Below, one piece after another: positions 29,385 through 38,473 of a stretch of 64,000 nucleotides of DNA. How positions within the stretch are numbered: the first letter of the stretch is position 1; each line of letters begins with the position of its first letter. The stretch is from Candidatus Woesearchaeota archaeon. Its GTDB lineage: Archaea > Nanobdellota > Nanobdellia > Pacearchaeales > GW2011-AR1. Location: contig CAYFFD010000001.1 in NCBI GenBank assembly GCA_964342415.1, forward strand, positions 4,658 to 68,657, written 5' to 3'. The notes beneath the pieces were generated by a model. It was given only the letters and a program-made list of their open reading frames with translations, was not told the origin of the DNA and did not search any database. The translations under genes were made by a program, and so were the position numbers.

Positions 29385-29842
29385 CACAAATTGATTTCTC
29401 AGGCTTTGAATCAGGAACACAAGGATGGACTTTTGGTGGATCAGATGGTGACAGAAGCAATAAAAGAAGTAATGTCGATGATTCAGGAGTTTTAGGAGGA
29501 ACATGGTCAGCACACTTACAAGATGATTCATCAACTTCAGAATTCTTAAAAAATTTTGACTTTGCCGGAGGCTATAGCCATGTTAACATATCATTTGGTT
29601 ATTATCCTAAAAGTATTGATAATAATGAGTATGTTCAACTTCTTTGCGATGGTGTTGAAGTTTGGAGGTTTACAAAGGGTGCTCATGGACAAAATGCATG
29701 GTTTTCTACAAAAGTTAAAGTCGAGATAACAGATTGTAATTTTGATTCTTCAGTTGAAATAAAGTTTGAAGGAAATCCAGGATTGTCAGGAAATTCAGAT
29801 GACATTTGGGTGGATGGTATAAATATAACAGGAATATTATAA
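29369..29842 (+). CDS. hypothetical protein, possibly a C-terminal extension of the upstream pilin-like gene
   Basis: It overlaps the upstream stop by 16 nt in the +2 frame and has no signal of its own. It is rich in G, S, D and W. Confidence 0.3.
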   Translation: MYTRVTQIDFSGFESGTQGWTFGGSDGDRSNKRSNVDDSGVLGGTWSAHLQDDSSTSEFLKNFDFAGGYSHVNISFGYYPKSIDNNEYVQLLCDGVEVWRFTKGAHGQNAWFSTKVKVEITDCNFDSSVEIKFEGNPGLSGNSDDIWVDGINITGIL

Positions 29843-29901
29843 TTAAAAATTATAACGTTAAAATTTATAAACTTAAAATATTTAAATGAAAAAACATAAC
29901 A

Positions 29902-30441
29902 ATGAAGATGATTAATTTTAATCTCCTTTCAAAAAACAATAAAGTAAATCAAAGATTTCCATTTGTCCGAATTTTTCCAAATTCAAACAAAGGGGTTTCA
30001 CCCATGATTGCAACTGTCCTTCTAATAGGAATGGTTGTTGTTATTGCCTTAATTATTTTTTTATGGTTCAAAGGATTCTCACAAGAAGCAATAGTAAAAT
30101 TCGACAAAAATGTAGAACTCGTGTGTGATGAAGTCAAGTTTGAAGCAAGCTATTCAGGAGATACGTTGGCTGTATCAAATATTGGGAATGTTCCTGTTTA
30201 TAACATCAAAGTAAAAATCTTGGAAAATGGTAATTTTGAAACAAAAGATTTAAATGACCTATCTTCAAATTGGAAGAACGCTGGATTAAATCCAGGAAGG
30301 GTTTTTTCAGATGACATAAGCTCCAGCATTGGAAGTGCAGACAGCGTAACTTTGACTCCTGTTTTAGTAGGAAGCTCTGAAAAAGGAGAAAGAACTTTTA
30401 CATGCAATGAAGCAAGATATGGTCACACAATTAATTTATAA
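29902..30441 (+). CDS. archaeal type IV pilin (class III signal peptide)
   Basis: It has NKG followed by VSPMIATVLLIGMVVVIALIIF. This is the conserved archaeal adhesion-pilin (PilA-type) H-domain. Confidence 0.6.
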   Translation: MKMINFNLLSKNNKVNQRFPFVRIFPNSNKGVSPMIATVLLIGMVVVIALIIFLWFKGFSQEAIVKFDKNVELVCDEVKFEASYSGDTLAVSNIGNVPVYNIKVKILENGNFETKDLNDLSSNWKNAGLNPGRVFSDDISSSIGSADSVTLTPVLVGSSEKGERTFTCNEARYGHTINL

Positions 30442-30952
30442 AGTGATTTTTAAAAAAAACAAAAAAGGGGTTTCTGGGATTATTGCAACGGTAATCATGA
30501 TTGGGTTAGTTATTGCAATCGCTGCGATTTTATGGAGTGTTGTAAATAATTTAATAGGAGAACAAGTTAGTTCAAGCGAATCCTGTTTTGGAAATTTCGG
30601 AAAAGTCACATTAAACAAGCAATACGTATGTAAAGATTCTATTGCAAACGAAATTCAATTTGCAATAAATATAGGGGACATAGATGTTGATAGTGCCTTA
30701 GTCTCTGTTTCAGGGCAATCAGGAACAAAAAGTTTCGAAATAAAAAATAGCACAACATATAGTTATGTCAAAATGTTTGGTGGAAGTTATGGAGGAGCAT
30801 TGCAGCTTCCTGGAGAAAATGCTGGATTAACTTATGTTGTTGGTTTAACGACTCTTGGGATCACAGACGCAACATCAATAAAAATCGCTCCAGTGTTAAA
30901 TGGAAACCAATGCGAAGTTTCTGATTCTATAACATCAATTGGTAGTTGCTGA
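30407..30952 (+). CDS. archaeal type IV pilin (class III signal peptide)
   Basis: It has KKG followed by VSGIIATVIMIGLVIAIAAIL. Confidence 0.6.
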   Translation: MKQDMVTQLIYKVIFKKNKKGVSGIIATVIMIGLVIAIAAILWSVVNNLIGEQVSSSESCFGNFGKVTLNKQYVCKDSIANEIQFAINIGDIDVDSALVSVSGQSGTKSFEIKNSTTYSYVKMFGGSYGGALQLPGENAGLTYVVGLTTLGITDATSIKIAPVLNGNQCEVSDSITSIGSC

Positions 30953-30993
30953 TTTTTCTTTAACATTAACTATTTAAATTTAATCTTATTTAA

Positions 30994-31515
30994 TTGTTCA
31001 TGAAAAAAAGAGGGCAGATTTGGATAGAGGTAGTTATTTACACCTTAATTGCATTGAGTTTAATCGGGGCTGTTCTCGCTTTTATAACTCCAAAGATAGG
31101 GGAAATTCAGGACAAAGCAATTATCGAACAAAGCATTACGATGATGCAAAACATAGACACAGTTATTTCATCAGTTGCTATTGGAGGTCCTGGAAATAAA
31201 AGAATAATTGACTTAGGAATAAAAAAAGGAGCACTAACAATAGATGCACAAAAAGATGAGTTTGTTTTTGAAATGGAAAGTGAATATGAATATAGTCAAC
31301 TAGGAGAGGAAATAAACATTGGCGATATAATTGCGCTGACAGAAGAAATAGGAAGTTTAAACAAAATAACACTAAAGATGAATTATAGTGAATATGATTT
31401 AACCTACAATGGAAAAAATGAAACAAAATTAATCACAAAAGCTTCAACACCTTACAAATTGTCAATTGAAAACAAAGGGGGAACAAAGACAATAATCGAA
31501 ATTATTGTTAGTTAA
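30994..31515 (+). CDS. pilin-like protein (class III signal, RGQ type)
   Basis: It has MFMKKRGQ followed by IWIEVVIYTLIALSLIGAVLAF. Confidence 0.5.
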   Translation: MFMKKRGQIWIEVVIYTLIALSLIGAVLAFITPKIGEIQDKAIIEQSITMMQNIDTVISSVAIGGPGNKRIIDLGIKKGALTIDAQKDEFVFEMESEYEYSQLGEEINIGDIIALTEEIGSLNKITLKMNYSEYDLTYNGKNETKLITKASTPYKLSIENKGGTKTIIEIIVS

Positions 31516-31545
31516 TTTTAAAAGAATTAATTGTATTAAATAAAA

Positions 31546-33108
31546 ATGGAAGTTATCAAAAAAAAGAGGGGAATACAGGATTATCCAAAAGTCTTGATAA
31601 ATTTTTCTCCAAAAATTCCTCCTCTAAAAAAACTCTCTGACAAAACAAAAGTCAACATAAGGTATTCATTGATTCATCCTTTCGCATTTGCACATATTTA
31701 TTGGGATCCAAAAATTTACGAATTAGTATATGAAGTGGAAGAGCCATATTTAAATGAAACAGAAAAAAAACACAGGGAAGAAATAGTCTCTGCAATGGAA
31801 AATATGATTAATCTTGGAGATATTGTAGATAAAAAAAGAGAAGTTGTCTTAGAATATATTGACAGAATGTTCAAAATTTTAGTGATAGAGCTTGGAATAG
31901 AACTCTCATATCAAAGCTACAAAAAAATATTTTATTATCTTAGTAGAGATTTTATTGGTTTCAACAAAATAGAACCCTTGCTAAGAGATTATTTTGTTGA
32001 AGATATAGAATGCAACGGACTTGATACTCCTATTTATGTTGTGCATCGGGCTTATCGAAACATGAAAACAAATATTAAATTCAATGACTTGGACAAGCTT
32101 TCAAATTTTGTTGAGAAACTTGCTCAAAAAACTGGAAAATATGTTTCCTATGCAAATCCAATTCTCGATGGAAGCCTACCTGATGGAAGCAGAGTTAATG
32201 CAACTTACACTAAAGACATAACAAGCAAGGGTCCAACATTCACGATAAGAAAATTTACAAAAACTCCATGGACCCCTCCTCAGCTTATAAAATTCAATAC
32301 ATTAAGCCCTGAGATGGTTGCTTATTTGTGGATATTAATTGAGCATAAAATGAATATTTTACTCACAGGAGGAACTTCTTCCGGAAAAACAACTTTGCTT
32401 AATGCAATCGCGTTTTTCATTCCTCCAGAGGCAAGAGTTGTTAGTATTGAAGACACTCGTGAATTAAACCTTCCAAGAGAGAACTGGCTTCCAAGCGTTG
32501 CAAGAAATTCAACAGGTGTTGGAAACATCGGAGAAATTGATTTATTCACTTTGCTAAGAAGCTCTTTCAGGCAGAATCCTGATTATGTAATTGTCGGAGA
32601 AGTCAGGGGAAAAGAAGCGTCTGTTTTATTTCAAGGAATGGCTTCAGGACATTCTTCACTAAGCACAATGCACGCCGACTCCGTGGACACTGTAATAAAA
32701 AGACTTGAAACTCCTCCTATCGAACTTTCACCAACATTGTTGAATGTTCTTGACTGTGTTTGCATCATGACTCATGCAATTGTAAAAAAGCAAGAGACAA
32801 GAAAATTAAAAGAAATTGTGGAAATAATAAACGTAAATCCAAATGGAATCGCCTTAACAAACACACCTTTTTTATGGAATCCTTCAGATGATAGCTTTTA
32901 CTTTAAAAAAAACAGCAAGATATTTGAAAAAATTTCAAGAAGAAGCGGATTAAAAATTGAAGAACTTGAATTAGAATTCAGAAAAAGAGCGCAATTGATT
33001 CATAAAATATCTCAAGAGAAAATTTTCGAATTTGAAAAATTTCAGGGAATAGTAAATGAATATTACAAAAAACCTGAAGAAGTTCTAAAAAAATTTGGAA
33101 TTATGTAA
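31546..33108 (+). CDS. type IV pilus/secretion ATPase (PilB/FlaI/TadA, VirB11 superfamily)
   Basis: It has Walker A LLTGGTSSGKTTLLNA and Walker B/Asp box IVGEVRGKEA. The His box is present. Length is 520 aa. Confidence 0.85.
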   Translation: MEVIKKKRGIQDYPKVLINFSPKIPPLKKLSDKTKVNIRYSLIHPFAFAHIYWDPKIYELVYEVEEPYLNETEKKHREEIVSAMENMINLGDIVDKKREVVLEYIDRMFKILVIELGIELSYQSYKKIFYYLSRDFIGFNKIEPLLRDYFVEDIECNGLDTPIYVVHRAYRNMKTNIKFNDLDKLSNFVEKLAQKTGKYVSYANPILDGSLPDGSRVNATYTKDITSKGPTFTIRKFTKTPWTPPQLIKFNTLSPEMVAYLWILIEHKMNILLTGGTSSGKTTLLNAIAFFIPPEARVVSIEDTRELNLPRENWLPSVARNSTGVGNIGEIDLFTLLRSSFRQNPDYVIVGEVRGKEASVLFQGMASGHSSLSTMHADSVDTVIKRLETPPIELSPTLLNVLDCVCIMTHAIVKKQETRKLKEIVEIINVNPNGIALTNTPFLWNPSDDSFYFKKNSKIFEKISRRSGLKIEELELEFRKRAQLIHKISQEKIFEFEKFQGIVNEYYKKPEEVLKKFGIM

Positions 33109-33144
33109 GCAAATATTTAATAATACAAAATCCTTTTTCATGAC

Positions 33145-33330
33145 ATGAAAGATGGTGATAAATTTTTAACAAAAGAAGAGATTTCTTTTCTTAATCAACT
33201 TATAAAATCTCTCGAAGAATCAAACAAAAAGCTTGAAGAGTATTATATAAAAAAAGATTACAAGAATTTCAAGAATGTTAAAAAATTCATGTTGGAAATT
33301 CAAAAAAAAATTTCTAAAGCGATAAAATGA
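33145..33330 (+). CDS. small coiled-coil protein
   Basis: It is 61 aa and translationally coupled to the ATPase and platform genes. Confidence 0.3.
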   Translation: MKDGDKFLTKEEISFLNQLIKSLEESNKKLEEYYIKKDYKNFKNVKKFMLEIQKKISKAIK

Positions 33331-34700
33331 TTCATGAAGGAAAATTTTTTCAAGAGTTAAAAAATAGTATTTCAAGAGAAGTGGAAATAATTAAAGAAAT
33401 GAATTCTTTTTTTAATAATTTAGAAAGCCATGATCAAGAAGAAAAGGATATGGTTTTTTCACAAACAAGTTCTTTAAAAAAATTATTAAAAAAGGAGAAT
33501 GATAATATTTTGATAGCATTGAATAAAATATCTCTTGTAAAGCCACTCCAGAATTCACAAATTCATTCTAAATTGCCAAGAAGCCAAATCAGAACATTAT
33601 TACTTAAAGACCAAAGTAAAACCTCTAATGAAAATTTTTTAATGCCTCAAACTAAAAAGAAAAAAAATTTCATTGAAAAAATTTCTCAAAAAAGATCTCT
33701 TTACAAAAAATTTTCCTTGAAAAAATTTGAAAAAGATACTCTTAAAAGAATTGGGAAAAAAGAAAAAGAAATCGTTGGCAAAAAAACAAAAAAGCCAAGC
33801 ACATATGTTAGTTTAGCTAATAGGCTTTTTTCAAACGTTTCATCTTCCTTAATTGAAAAAGGAATGTTCAAAAACTTAAACGAGAATCTCTCAAGAACAA
33901 ATAGGGAATTTCTTCTTAAAGGTTATGTCTCGATAATTCTTTTTACAACACTACTCTCTGTAATTGCGGGAATTTTTACTTTCACGTTTTTCCTATTTTT
34001 CAATATCCAAATTGCCTTTCCTTTCATAACAATGACTAGTGATTTATTTATGACAAGATTCTTGAAAGTGTTCTGGATTTTGTTTGCAGTTCCAATTGCG
34101 ACTTTCTCATTTGCATATTTTTATCCTGCACTCGAAAAAGACTCTCTTGAAAAAAGAATTAATCAGGAACTTCCTTTTGCAACAATAAACATGGCAGCTA
34201 TTTCGGGCTCAATGATTAATCCAACAGAAATATTCAGTATAATTGTCTCGACAAAAGAATATCCAATCCTTGAAAAAGAATTTATAAAAATAATAAACGG
34301 CATGAATGTCCTTGGATATGATTTGATTACCGTATTAAGAAACAGTGCCTTCCACAGCCCGAGTAAAAAACTCGCTGATTTGCTAAATGGAATTGCGACC
34401 ACTGTAAACTCTGGCGGAGATCTAGGAAAATTCTTTGATGAAAGAGCGAAGAACCTTCTTTTCGAATATGATCTTGAAAAAGAAAAAAGCACAAGAGCTG
34501 CAGAAACCTTCATGGATATCTACATCAGCGTTGTTATCGCAACCCCTATGATTTTGATGCTTTTGTTAATCATGATGCAAATCAGTGGTTTAGGGATATC
34601 CTTAAGCACAGGAATGATTACCTTAATAATGGTTTTAGGAGTCACTGCAATAAACATTGTCTTCTTATCATTTTTGCACATAAAACAATCAAACGAATAA
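33327..34700 (+). CDS. pilus platform membrane protein, TadC/PilC/FlaJ-like (T2SSF domain), N-terminal half with K-rich extension
   Basis: It has a ~170-aa charged N-terminus followed by TM helices. The layout of cytoplasmic domain plus TM pairs is typical of a T2SSF domain. Confidence 0.55.
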   Translation: MIHEGKFFQELKNSISREVEIIKEMNSFFNNLESHDQEEKDMVFSQTSSLKKLLKKENDNILIALNKISLVKPLQNSQIHSKLPRSQIRTLLLKDQSKTSNENFLMPQTKKKKNFIEKISQKRSLYKKFSLKKFEKDTLKRIGKKEKEIVGKKTKKPSTYVSLANRLFSNVSSSLIEKGMFKNLNENLSRTNREFLLKGYVSIILFTTLLSVIAGIFTFTFFLFFNIQIAFPFITMTSDLFMTRFLKVFWILFAVPIATFSFAYFYPALEKDSLEKRINQELPFATINMAAISGSMINPTEIFSIIVSTKEYPILEKEFIKIINGMNVLGYDLITVLRNSAFHSPSKKLADLLNGIATTVNSGGDLGKFFDERAKNLLFEYDLEKEKSTRAAETFMDIYISVVIATPMILMLLLIMMQISGLGISLSTGMITLIMVLGVTAINIVFLSFLHIKQSNE

Positions 34701-34701
34701 A

Positions 34702-35532
34702 ATGGAAATTAAAAAAACTCATTGGATTGGAATAGTTGTATCAGGATTGGTTATGCTATCTTCATTGTTTTTCATAGAAACAAGGTGGTTTTTCATTTTT
34801 ATAGGAACAGGGATTATAATTGGAGTTCTTCCTTTTGTGTTCTCAACAATACGCGAAACAAAGGTTGAAAATGAAAAAGAAGAAATGTTCCTTGAATTTG
34901 CAAGAAATTTGGCGGAAAGCGGAAAAACAGGAATTCCAATAAGCAAAAGTATAATCAATGTCAAGGACAGGGCTTATGGAGTTTTAAGCAGGCATATTAA
35001 AAAATTAGCAAACCAAATTTATTTAGGAATTCCTTTGGGAAGTGCATTAAAAGTATTTTCAAGAGATGTAAATAACAAAACAATTTCTAGAGCAATAACT
35101 CTTATAGGACAAGCAGAAAAATCAGGAGGAGATATTGCAGAAATTCTAGAATCTGTTGCAGGAGCCGTAAACACTTCTGATAAGTTAAAGAAAGAAAGAA
35201 AAGCAGTAATATCCACGTTAGTTGTTCAAGGATATATAATTTTTGTTATCTTTATAGTAATAATTCTTGTTTTGCAATTCAAGATAATTCCAATGATTGA
35301 AGGAGTAGGAAGCTTAGGACTAGGAGAAACAGCAGGAACAGTTCCTAGCGATGCAGGTGGTACTGATGTGTCAAGTGTTTTTTTCTATTTGCTTATAATC
35401 CAAGGACTTTTTAGCGGTCTAACAATAGGAAAGCTAGCAGAGAAAAACTTCAAGGCAGGAATAAAACACTCATTCACTTTGATGTTCCTTGCATTCATAG
35501 TTTCTTCAGCAGCCAATATCTTTTTTGGTTAA
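34702..35532 (+). CDS. pilus platform membrane protein, second T2SSF-like domain (TadB/TadC-like)
   Basis: It starts 2 nt after the previous stop. It has TM-loop-TM topology with a cytoplasmic helical domain (EFARNLAESGKTGIPISKSI...). Confidence 0.5.
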   Translation: MEIKKTHWIGIVVSGLVMLSSLFFIETRWFFIFIGTGIIIGVLPFVFSTIRETKVENEKEEMFLEFARNLAESGKTGIPISKSIINVKDRAYGVLSRHIKKLANQIYLGIPLGSALKVFSRDVNNKTISRAITLIGQAEKSGGDIAEILESVAGAVNTSDKLKKERKAVISTLVVQGYIIFVIFIVIILVLQFKIIPMIEGVGSLGLGETAGTVPSDAGGTDVSSVFFYLLIIQGLFSGLTIGKLAEKNFKAGIKHSFTLMFLAFIVSSAANIFFG

Positions 35533-35556
35533 TTTAATTAAAATTAAAAACTCATT

Positions 35557-36282
35557 TTGGCTATTTATTTAATGAAAAAGAAAAGAGGAGGCACTCATGT
35601 AGGATTTATGCTCTCATTTGTGATATTTGTGGTTTTTCTAATTTTTATTTATTCAATTCTCATAGAGCCAACAATAACTCAAAGTGATAAAAAGTCTGCT
35701 TTAGAAAATTTAAAAATAAGATTAATTGAAAAAGTTTCTGAAGACTTAACTTCAACAGCGGTAAATCTAAAAATTTCTAATCCAAGTGAAAATTGTATTG
35801 AACTAAAAAATTTTATATCTCAAGCAGAGATAAGCCCAAATATTATCTCTAAAAATAATAACAATGTTTTACAATCATACGTTTCCTCAAACAATCTAAA
35901 AATAGAAAGATGGAGTAGTGAAATCTTTTTTAAGATATATTATTCAAAAGAATTTGAAGCATTAAGTTCAGGAGGATCAAATTGCAAGAGAGTTAATGAA
36001 AACCAATACGCTATTGGTTTAATAAAAGTTGAAGAGTATGTTTTTGAAAATAAAATTATTGATTTGATTAACAGCTATAAAGTAGATTATGAACAGCTTA
36101 AAGAAGAATTAAAAATCCCTTTTGGAAGCGATTTCGGCTTTGGCTTTACATATGGTAATGGAACATTAATAACAACAGAAAAAAATGTGTCTACAAATGT
36201 CTATGCTTCCGAAATTCCTGTTCAATATGTCAATAAAAACGCAGAGGTTCTGTTAGGTTTTATAAATATAAAAACATGGTGA
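35557..36282 (+). CDS. pilin-like protein (possible class III signal)
   Basis: It has KKKRGG followed by THVGFMLSFVIFVVFLIFIYSIL. Confidence 0.4.
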   Translation: MAIYLMKKKRGGTHVGFMLSFVIFVVFLIFIYSILIEPTITQSDKKSALENLKIRLIEKVSEDLTSTAVNLKISNPSENCIELKNFISQAEISPNIISKNNNNVLQSYVSSNNLKIERWSSEIFFKIYYSKEFEALSSGGSNCKRVNENQYAIGLIKVEEYVFENKIIDLINSYKVDYEQLKEELKIPFGSDFGFGFTYGNGTLITTEKNVSTNVYASEIPVQYVNKNAEVLLGFINIKTW

Positions 36283-36719
36283 TAAAAATGTTAAAAAAAA
36301 GAGGATGGCTAAGAATTGTTGAGGCGTTTGTTATGATATTATTAATAACAGGAGTTTTATTAATAGTTTTAGACAAAGGATCTCTCCTAAAAAATAATGA
36401 TTCTAAAAAGATTTATGAAGACGAACAAGGAATTTTAAGAAAAATTCAGCTGAATAATTCATTGAGAGATGTTGTCTTAAGTTTTCCTTTAAGTGAATTA
36501 CCAATTGAATGGGTAGATTTTTCTTTAGACATTAAAAACAAAATAATTTCAAAAACACCTTCTTACTTAAATTGTGAGGCAAAAATCTGTAATGTAAATG
36601 GAATTTGTGTTTTAAGCCAAGCCAATGAAAAAAGTGTTTATGTGCAATCAACAATTTTTACTTCAACTTTGGACAAAAATGATCCAAGACAGTTAAAATT
36701 ATTTTGCTGGAAAAAATAA
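36276..36719 (+). CDS. pilin-like protein (class III signal)
   Basis: It has KKRG followed by WLRIVEAFVMILLITGVLLIVL, with a Glu near +5/+6 of the mature end. Confidence 0.45.
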   Translation: MVIKMLKKRGWLRIVEAFVMILLITGVLLIVLDKGSLLKNNDSKKIYEDEQGILRKIQLNNSLRDVVLSFPLSELPIEWVDFSLDIKNKIISKTPSYLNCEAKICNVNGICVLSQANEKSVYVQSTIFTSTLDKNDPRQLKLFCWKK

Positions 36720-36823
36720 AAAATCATAAATTAATTGTTAAATTTTAGCTTGGGGTGAATCTGTAAAAAGTGTTATCTCCATAACTAGGACTGTTTCCGG
36801 TACCGAAAGCAAAATTATTCCCA

Positions 36824-37096
36824 TTATGCTGGACTGCTGTTGTACCATCTAATTGCAGAACTTTTTTCTTTAAAATTAAAACCATTATCTGAAGAATCCT
36901 CTTCGTCCGTAGAACCTTCATTTTCTTGTTCTTCTTGTTGATAAAGAAACTCGCCAATCTTATCCTCTTTGTCTAAATCAAAAATATTGCTCAAACCACC
37001 ATAAGTAAATTGAACATAAAGATTTAAAGATACGAAAATTAAAATAAAAATTACTAGAATCAAAATTAAAAAACCAATTCCTTTTTTAGATTTCAT
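36824..37096 (-). CDS. small membrane protein with acidic tail
   Basis: It has an N-terminal TM and a D/E-rich segment. It overlaps a 70-aa ORF in another frame (36745..36957). Confidence 0.3.
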   Translation of the reverse strand: MKSKKGIGFLILILVIFILIFVSLNLYVQFTYGGLSNIFDLDKEDKIGEFLYQQEEQENEGSTDEEDSSDNGFNFKEKSSAIRWYNSSPA

Positions 37097-37200
37097 TTAT
37101 ATAACTATATTCTTACATATAAATATTTTTATATCAAGAAAAACAACATTAATTTAGTAAATCCAAAAAATTATAAAAACTCTTTCTATCTTTTTAGATT

Positions 37201-38403
37201 ATGAAATCCGAAAAAAAAGTATACAATTATGGAATAGACATTGATGAAAAAACTCTCGAACAATTTAAAGATTGTTATTCAGAGAATTTTGTGGTTGCTG
37301 CAGCGTTAATGCCTGATGCCCATTTAGGTTATGCTGCGCCGATAGGGGCTGTCCTAAAAACAAAAGATTTCGTTGTTCCAGCATGGGTGGGTTTTGATAT
37401 TGGATGTGGACTCGTAGCACTTAGAATAAAAGGTAAAGATTTAGTTAAAAAAATAAGAAATAACAAAGATAAAATTTACAAAAAGGTAATAAAAAAAATT
37501 CCAATGGGTGTTGGAAAATATAATAGAGAAAAAGATATAACAGAAAAAACAAAGAAAGAATTTAAATCTCTTTTAGAAAAATTTCAAAAAAAATCATACA
37601 ACAAAGAAATTTTGAATTATCTAAAAACAACGGCAATAAAACATCTGGGAACTCTTGGGGCAGGAAACCATTTCATTGAGATTGGCTACGATTCTAAAAC
37701 AGAAAAAGAATTATGGCTGATAATTCACTCAGGGAGCAGAGGGATAGGACATAGTGTTGCTAAAAAATATATGATAAAGGCTTCAAAGTTCTTCACAGGC
37801 TCAGACGTTTCCAGACGAAACTTAGGAAAAAGCAAAGAAAAAAATAAATATGAAAAAACGTTTCCTCTTGACACAAAATCTGAAGTTGGAAAAGAATATC
37901 TAAATGTTCTTGAATTCGGGCTTGAATACGCGCTCCTTAACAGGATTGAAATGGCATACAAGGTAATCGAAGCACTTAACGAAGTCCTCACAGAAAACCT
38001 AAAATATGAATTATGGGTGAACAAAAACCACAATCATGCTATCTACGAAAAAGGTTATTTTATTCATAGAAAGGGTGCGACACCAGCAAAAAAAGGTGAA
38101 AGAGGAATCATTCCAGGAAACATGAGAGATGGTTCTTTTCTTGTGGAAGGAAAGGGGAATTCAAAATTCTTAAACAGCTCATCCCATGGAGCTGGAAGAA
38201 GCATGAGCAGAAAAGAGGCAAAGAAAAAATATACGATGCATCAATTTGAGGAATCTATGAAGGGAATAACTGGAAACATATCTAAAGAAACGCTTGATGA
38301 GTTACCAATGGCATACAAAAATGTTTTCAAAGTTATGGAATCACAAAAAGATTCTGTGAGTTTTGTGAAACACATAAAACCAATAATTAATTGGAAGGGT
38401 TAA
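37201..38403 (+). CDS. rtcB: RtcB-family RNA ligase (tRNA-splicing ligase), short form
   Basis: It has GAGNHFIE and SSSHGAGRSMSR motifs. It is 400 aa, which is shorter than the typical ~480 aa. Confidence 0.7.
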   Translation: MKSEKKVYNYGIDIDEKTLEQFKDCYSENFVVAAALMPDAHLGYAAPIGAVLKTKDFVVPAWVGFDIGCGLVALRIKGKDLVKKIRNNKDKIYKKVIKKIPMGVGKYNREKDITEKTKKEFKSLLEKFQKKSYNKEILNYLKTTAIKHLGTLGAGNHFIEIGYDSKTEKELWLIIHSGSRGIGHSVAKKYMIKASKFFTGSDVSRRNLGKSKEKNKYEKTFPLDTKSEVGKEYLNVLEFGLEYALLNRIEMAYKVIEALNEVLTENLKYELWVNKNHNHAIYEKGYFIHRKGATPAKKGERGIIPGNMRDGSFLVEGKGNSKFLNSSSHGAGRSMSRKEAKKKYTMHQFEESMKGITGNISKETLDELPMAYKNVFKVMESQKDSVSFVKHIKPIINWKG

Positions 38404-38473
38404 TTTTCTCTTTTTTAATCTTATTTAACTGCAAAAGAATAATGTTTATAAAATAGATTTAGTTAAAGAGGAT

